Assembly (NCBI GenBank): GCA_963832745.1
Contig: CAWHVC010000003.1
Span: 448,001 to 512,000, forward strand
DNA from: Candidatus Bathyarchaeota archaeon
GTDB taxonomy: Archaea; Thermoproteota; Bathyarchaeia; Bathyarchaeales; Bathycorpusculaceae
Reading direction: 5' to 3'
Length of the DNA stretch: 64,000 nucleotides
Part shown: positions 59,632-64,000 of the stretch, piece after piece
Numbering within the stretch: position 1 is the stretch's first letter
Layout: each line of letters begins with the position of its first letter
Position numbers and translations under genes: made by a program
Notes under the pieces: model-generated
What the model saw: the letters and a program-made list of their open reading frames with translations, nothing else
What the model was told of the DNA's origin: nothing
The model's database searches: none

Positions 59632-61756
59632 TTGCAAATGACCAACTATGATGAGAGACACTGCCATAAATGGGCACTATTGCTGGCAGAACGAAAAAAC
59701 AAGCTAAACCAAGCACAAACAGCAATAAACACAGGCGACTTTGAAGCGGCTAAGCAGTTATTGAACCAAATTTTTAACGGTAAAATGGGCAAAGACGCTG
59801 ACCCCGGCATGGCTGGTTCACTCTTGTACCATATGGCTATGGTTAGCAAAATGGAGTCAGAAAGCCAAGTCCTGCTCGATGAATTAAAAGTCAAGCAACC
59901 TGAAATAAATTCAAATCTTAACAAACTTTACGACGACTTTTATGTCGACGCTAAAAAACTCACACAAAATGTAATGCAGTTAAACTATGATGCAAACGTT
60001 ATAGCACAAACAAAGCATCTTAACAGCGAAGAAAAAATTGCGCTTTTCACGGACCTAAAACAGAGATTAAAACAAGTTGAAACCCAATTAATTACCAAGG
60101 ATCCCAAAGCAGCCCAAGCATTAGAGCAACTCTTTGACGACTGGGCTCAGCAGGTTGTCTTGATGCGGTTTATCCAAGAGTATGAGACAATCAAAGGTTT
60201 GCTTGTATTAACAGAACTCGTTAAAACTTTTGGCTACGAAAAAATCGAGCAAGCAATGCAAAAGGTCAAAGATGAGTTCGGCCAAAAAACAGTCAGCATC
60301 GCACTCGATGTAACACTCAAAGTGGGTATGCGCCGAGAAAAACTCCAATCTGTTATGCTTGCCGACCACTATATCAATATGGTCATGGATGGCTCAACAC
60401 TTGACGGCAAAATGGAGTTCCTCAACTGTCCCATCCACGGCGGTCACCTTTATGCCCAAGAAAAATGTGGCGTTGACCCCAAAGTATCAACGTTGTTCTG
60501 TAACAATTTCTGCTTTGCCCACGCCAAAGCCATGCTCGACACTGTCTTGCCTTTCCCATTTCACACTTTGGCAGCCAAAACTGATGGGTAAAGACGGCGT
60601 CTGCGAATACTACCTCAAACTCGCCTATTCACCAGAAGCAAAAACCCAAGAACGCTACGTACCCTTAGTAATGTCCTACAACGTAACCCGCGAATGCAAC
60701 ATGAAATGCAGCCATTGCTACATCAACGCCACAGATAAAAAACTTGCAGATGAATTAACTACAAAAGAAGCAAAAGAAGTGATCGACCAAATTTACCAAG
60801 TCAGCAGCCCACTGCTTATCCTTAGCGGTGGCGAACCACTCATGCGTTCAGACATCTACGAACTCATCGAATACGGTGTCAAGAAGGGCTTAAAGATTGG
60901 GATAGGAAGCAACGGTTACCTAATCGACGACACGGTAGCAAAGAAACTCAAGGATGCAGGAGTCGCCACTGTTTCAATCAGTTTAGACTCAAGCATTCCA
61001 GCACAACATGACGAATTTCGTGGAGTGTCCGGGGCTTGGGAGAACGCAATAAACGCCTGCAAAGCGTTGCGAAAACATGGTGTGCTAGTGCAGGTTAACA
61101 CGACATTAACGCATGACAATTATGATCAAATTGATGACATCATGACGCTAGCTGAATCTGTTGGTGTTGAGAACTTCCACTTGTTCTTCCTTGTACCAAC
61201 AGGACGCGGCGTCAAGTTAACTGACATTTCTCCTGAGAAATATGAGGAAATGATAACCAAAACGTTTGCTAAAGTTCACAAACACCGGCTTAATGTAAAG
61301 CCTTCATGTGCGCCGCAGTTTATGCGTATTGCGCAGGGAATGGGTTTGGACATGAGACAATGGATGCGTGGCTGTTTAGCTGGTATGCATTACTGCCGTA
61401 TCTACCCTAACGGCGACGTTACCCCTTGCCCTTATCTGCCAATTAAACTTGGCAACCTCAAAGAACAAAGTTTCAAAGATGTATGGTTTGACTCTGAAGT
61501 CTTCAAAAACCTTAGAAACGTATCCTGTCTAACAGGTAAATGTGGTGAATGCGAATATAAAGTAATTTGTGGCGGCTGCAGGGCAAGAGCATATGGGCTT
61601 TCAGCTGACTTTATTGATTACTGTGGCGATTTGCATGTGCCTACTGAGGCTAAAGGCGACTACCTAAAAGAGGACCCGTGGTGTGTTTATCAGCCGGGTG
61701 CTTCTAAAAACGTGAACACTCCAAAAGGTCACCCACACAACGTGCCAAAACGCTAA
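59632..61756 (+). CDS. Fusion of a helical/V4R-like Cys domain with a radical SAM-SPASM enzyme (AhbC/AhbD/NirJ-like), interrupted by a +1 frameshift near 60560
   Basis: First frame ends ...FCFAHAKAMLDTVLPFPF; second frame continues FTLWQPKLMGKDGVCEYYLK into CNMKCSHC, SGGEP, CLAG..YC.I...GDV.PC and GKCGECEY..ICGGCRARA. Confidence 0.75.
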
Positions 61757-61919
61757 GGGGGATTTTAGGTTGTAATGGCGTTTTTTATGCCATTAAATGT
61801 TAACTTTTTTATTCTTTAATCAGTTTAAGGTTAATGCAAAAGTCGGTAAACTCATTAGCAGAATAGTAGGTTTAAGCTAAAACTATTTAAGCGAAGGCGG
61901 TCTTTTCAAAAATTCATTG

Positions 61920-62160
61920 TTGCCGGCTTAGGCGGCTTGGTATCCCGGTTAAATATGGAATTAAAGGGTAACTGTGGACCGCCAAACAGGCAAAAAGGTC
62001 TGGAGGCCTATGGTTGAAATATGTCCACGTTAACCCAAACAAAGAAGAAGCTTTCACAGCGCAGGCTTCACTGTTGCAAGCAAACGATGCTCTACTCCAT
62101 TTTTTGATTAATACGCCTGTCTTCTTCGGCAGAACCTAACATTTTTTCGGAGGCGATAAA
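61920..62160 (+). promoter_or_regulatory. Candidate structured 5' leader upstream of the mgtE-like gene
   Basis: TATA-like TATTTAAG at 61884; stem GGGTAAC-T-GTGGAC/GTCCAC-GTT-AACCC enclosing two hairpins; CGCCT (62114) can pair with the RBS AGGCG (62151). Confidence 0.4.
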
Positions 62161-63358
62161 ATGTCACATGCAGGAATTTCTAAAGGTGCCATTTCTCTTT
62201 TCAAAGAAACGTCTGTAGCTTACTTTTTTGATATCGCCGGGTTAATCGCTGGATTTTTGGTTGCATATCAACTGGGTGTTTTTCAGCTTTCACCATGGGC
62301 GTTGGCGCTTTATCCTGCCTTAATTAGCACAAAAGTTATCAGTGGACTACTTAGTGGCAGATTAAGCACTGCTTTGCATCTTGGTACGATATATCCAAGG
62401 TTTACTGGAAACACGAGATGCTTCTACAAACTGGTGGACGCTGTAATTGTGCTTACACTTGCAACTAGCCTGTCAGTAAGCTTGATTTCACTGTTTATAG
62501 GCAGCCTCTTTTGGGGTGTTACTGTTGTTGATTTTTCATCAATTCTTATCGTGATGATATCAACACTTGCCATCGGATTATTTTTAACATTATTAACGCT
62601 TAAAGTTGCGTTTGTCTCGTTTAAAAGCGGTTTAGACCCCGACATTTTAGTTTACCCAATAATGTCCACTGTAGTAAGCATCTTGATTACTCTATGCTAT
62701 ATCGGTGTACTCAACCTTTATTTCCTAACCAATATTGGACAATTTCCTTTACTTGTTGTGTGCATGCTTCATGTATTTCTGGCCCTATATCTTGCTCATC
62801 AAAGACCGTCATGAACCAGAATTCAAAAAAACAATGCGGGAATCTTTGGCAATGATGCTTTTCTTCTCATTTATGATAACCCTCACGGGAACTGTTTTCA
62901 GAAGTCTAAGCAACTTCACCACTCAAGAAAAAGAAATTTACACAATTTATCCTGCTTTAATCAACTTGGTGGGTGATGTCGGTTCAGTGGTTGGTTCTAC
63001 TGCCACAACAAAACTCGCCTTAGGCTTACTTACGCCAACTTTTTCTTCACTTAAACATCATGCCAAAAACGTTTTCACCGCTTGGCTATCTTCCTTTTTG
63101 GTTTTCACTCTTTTAGCATTAATTTCATTAGCAATCAACCAATCTTTCATGTTTTCAAGCGTTGTTGATTTCCTTGTGATTATCTGGATTTCCAACATTA
63201 TCTCCGTAATCGCTATTATGCTGATATCTTACGGCGTTTCAATTTTAACCTTCAAGCGTGGATTAGATCCAGACAATTTTGTAATTCCAGTTGAGACTTC
63301 GCTTGCCGCCCTTGTAACTTCAATTGCCCTGCTAGTTGCCCTGCTAATAATGGTTTGA
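62161..63358 (+). CDS. mgtE: MgtE/SLC41-type divalent cation transporter (two membrane repeats), +1 frameshift near 62790
   Basis: Two repeats with YPAL, RLSTALHLG/TTKLALG and GLDPD; first frame ...LALYL continues as LIKDRHEPEF in the next frame. Confidence 0.8.
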
Positions 63359-63418
63359 TTTGGGAACAATATTAAATATGTCAAACCTAAATACACTGTT
63401 TGGAGCGACCTATACGGT

Positions 63419-64000
63419 ATGCCTCGCTTTGAAAAATTAGAATACAAACCAATTCCAGTAAGAGAACTTTTACTCGAAATGAAAAACCTCTCCGAATTAA
63501 TGATTGATTTAGCATACTCCTCAGCGTTATATGACGACCACGATTTAGCTCAAGACGTACTATCTCTTGAAAGCCGAATCGACACCTTATCTTATCTTTT
63601 GGAAATGGAAATCATGGTCGCAGCCCGGGACCCAAAAGACGCTGAAGACATGGTCGGCATTTCGATAGTTGCTTCAGCAACAAACAAAATTTCTGATGCA
63701 GCAGGCGACATAGCGGCTATAGTTACACGAAACATAGGAATACATCCCATTGTAAGAGAAATTTTTGAAAAAGTTGAAGAACGCCTAATGAAAGTAACCG
63801 TTAAAGATGGTTCAGAAATTATTAACCAACAAATCGGCGACTTAGATCTTGCAGCGAGGATGGGTGTTGATATTCTTGCTATAAGGCGGAATCATGATTG
63901 GATACTAAACCCTGATGATAATGAACGCGTTTTTAGAGGTGACGTTCTAATCACCCGTGGCGCCTCCATGGGCATTAAAGAATTCCATGACATCGCTGAA
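63419..64000 (+). CDS. PhoU-like plus TrkA-C (RCK_C) domain protein, 3' truncated by window edge
   Basis: Manual translation MPRFEKLEYKPIPVRELLLEMKNLSELMIDLAYSS...ISDAAGDIA...GVDILAIRR...P......GDVLITRG. Confidence 0.85.
   Translation, partial: MPRFEKLEYKPIPVRELLLEMKNLSELMIDLAYSSALYDDHDLAQDVLSLESRIDTLSYLLEMEIMVAARDPKDAEDMVGISIVASATNKISDAAGDIAAIVTRNIGIHPIVREIFEKVEERLMKVTVKDGSEIINQQIGDLDLAARMGVDILAIRRNHDWILNPDDNERVFRGDVLITRGASMGIKEFHDIAE

Noticed and set aside
60359-60560. N-terminal 65 aa of the 465-aa radical SAM ORF as real coding sequence
   Set aside because: It overlaps the better-supported Cys-motif frame of the upstream ORF; best explained as out-of-frame sequence before the frameshift
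61920-62110. SRP RNA, RNase P RNA or M-box riboswitch
   Set aside because: Lacks the SRP helix-8 motif, the RNase P GAGGAAAGUCC motif and the M-box UUAGGUGAGGCU core; kept only as an unclassified structured leader
23215-62815. Programmed ribosomal frameshifting as a common explanation for the split genes
   Set aside because: Two of the three sites lack slippery heptamers or evident stimulatory structures; single-base assembly errors are more parsimonious until reads are checked

Overview
Core chromosomal window from an archaeon. Elf1, PolD, Cdc6, an archaeosortase and the gene order suggest TACK, most likely Bathyarchaeia (inference). Positions 1-33.5 kb are housekeeping genes, mostly on the minus strand: GINS, PriS/PriL, PCNA, TFS, RNAP subunits, Csl4, Dph2, PpsA, ribosomal proteins, KsgA, Pus10, SRP54, eIF5A, NAD kinase, Nob1, Sec61beta, PolD DP2, GGGPS, Elf1 and NadE. 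A replication origin lies at about 36.35-36.95 kb upstream of cdc6, with three ORB elements and an AT-rich unwinding element; DP1 converges on cdc6. The most striking observation is a 3-kb module (33.5-36.5 kb) abutting the origin. It holds three uncharacterised HTH/wHTH genes, one encoding a membrane-anchored coiled-coil wHTH protein. These are bracketed by dense arrays of two related but spatially separated motifs (RTCAC and TTCACA), suggesting a centromere-like origin-tethering or segregation system with no ParA in the window. After an intron-containing tRNA-Ser(CGA) comes an accessory region: an atypical P-type ATPase plus PPK2, a treZ-GH57-treY-malQ/treT trehalose cluster, a frameshifted V4R-like/radical SAM fusion, and an MgtE-type transporter with a structured leader. 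A candidate C/D-box sRNA lies between eIF5A and SRP54. All calls are from reading the sequence; no searches were run.
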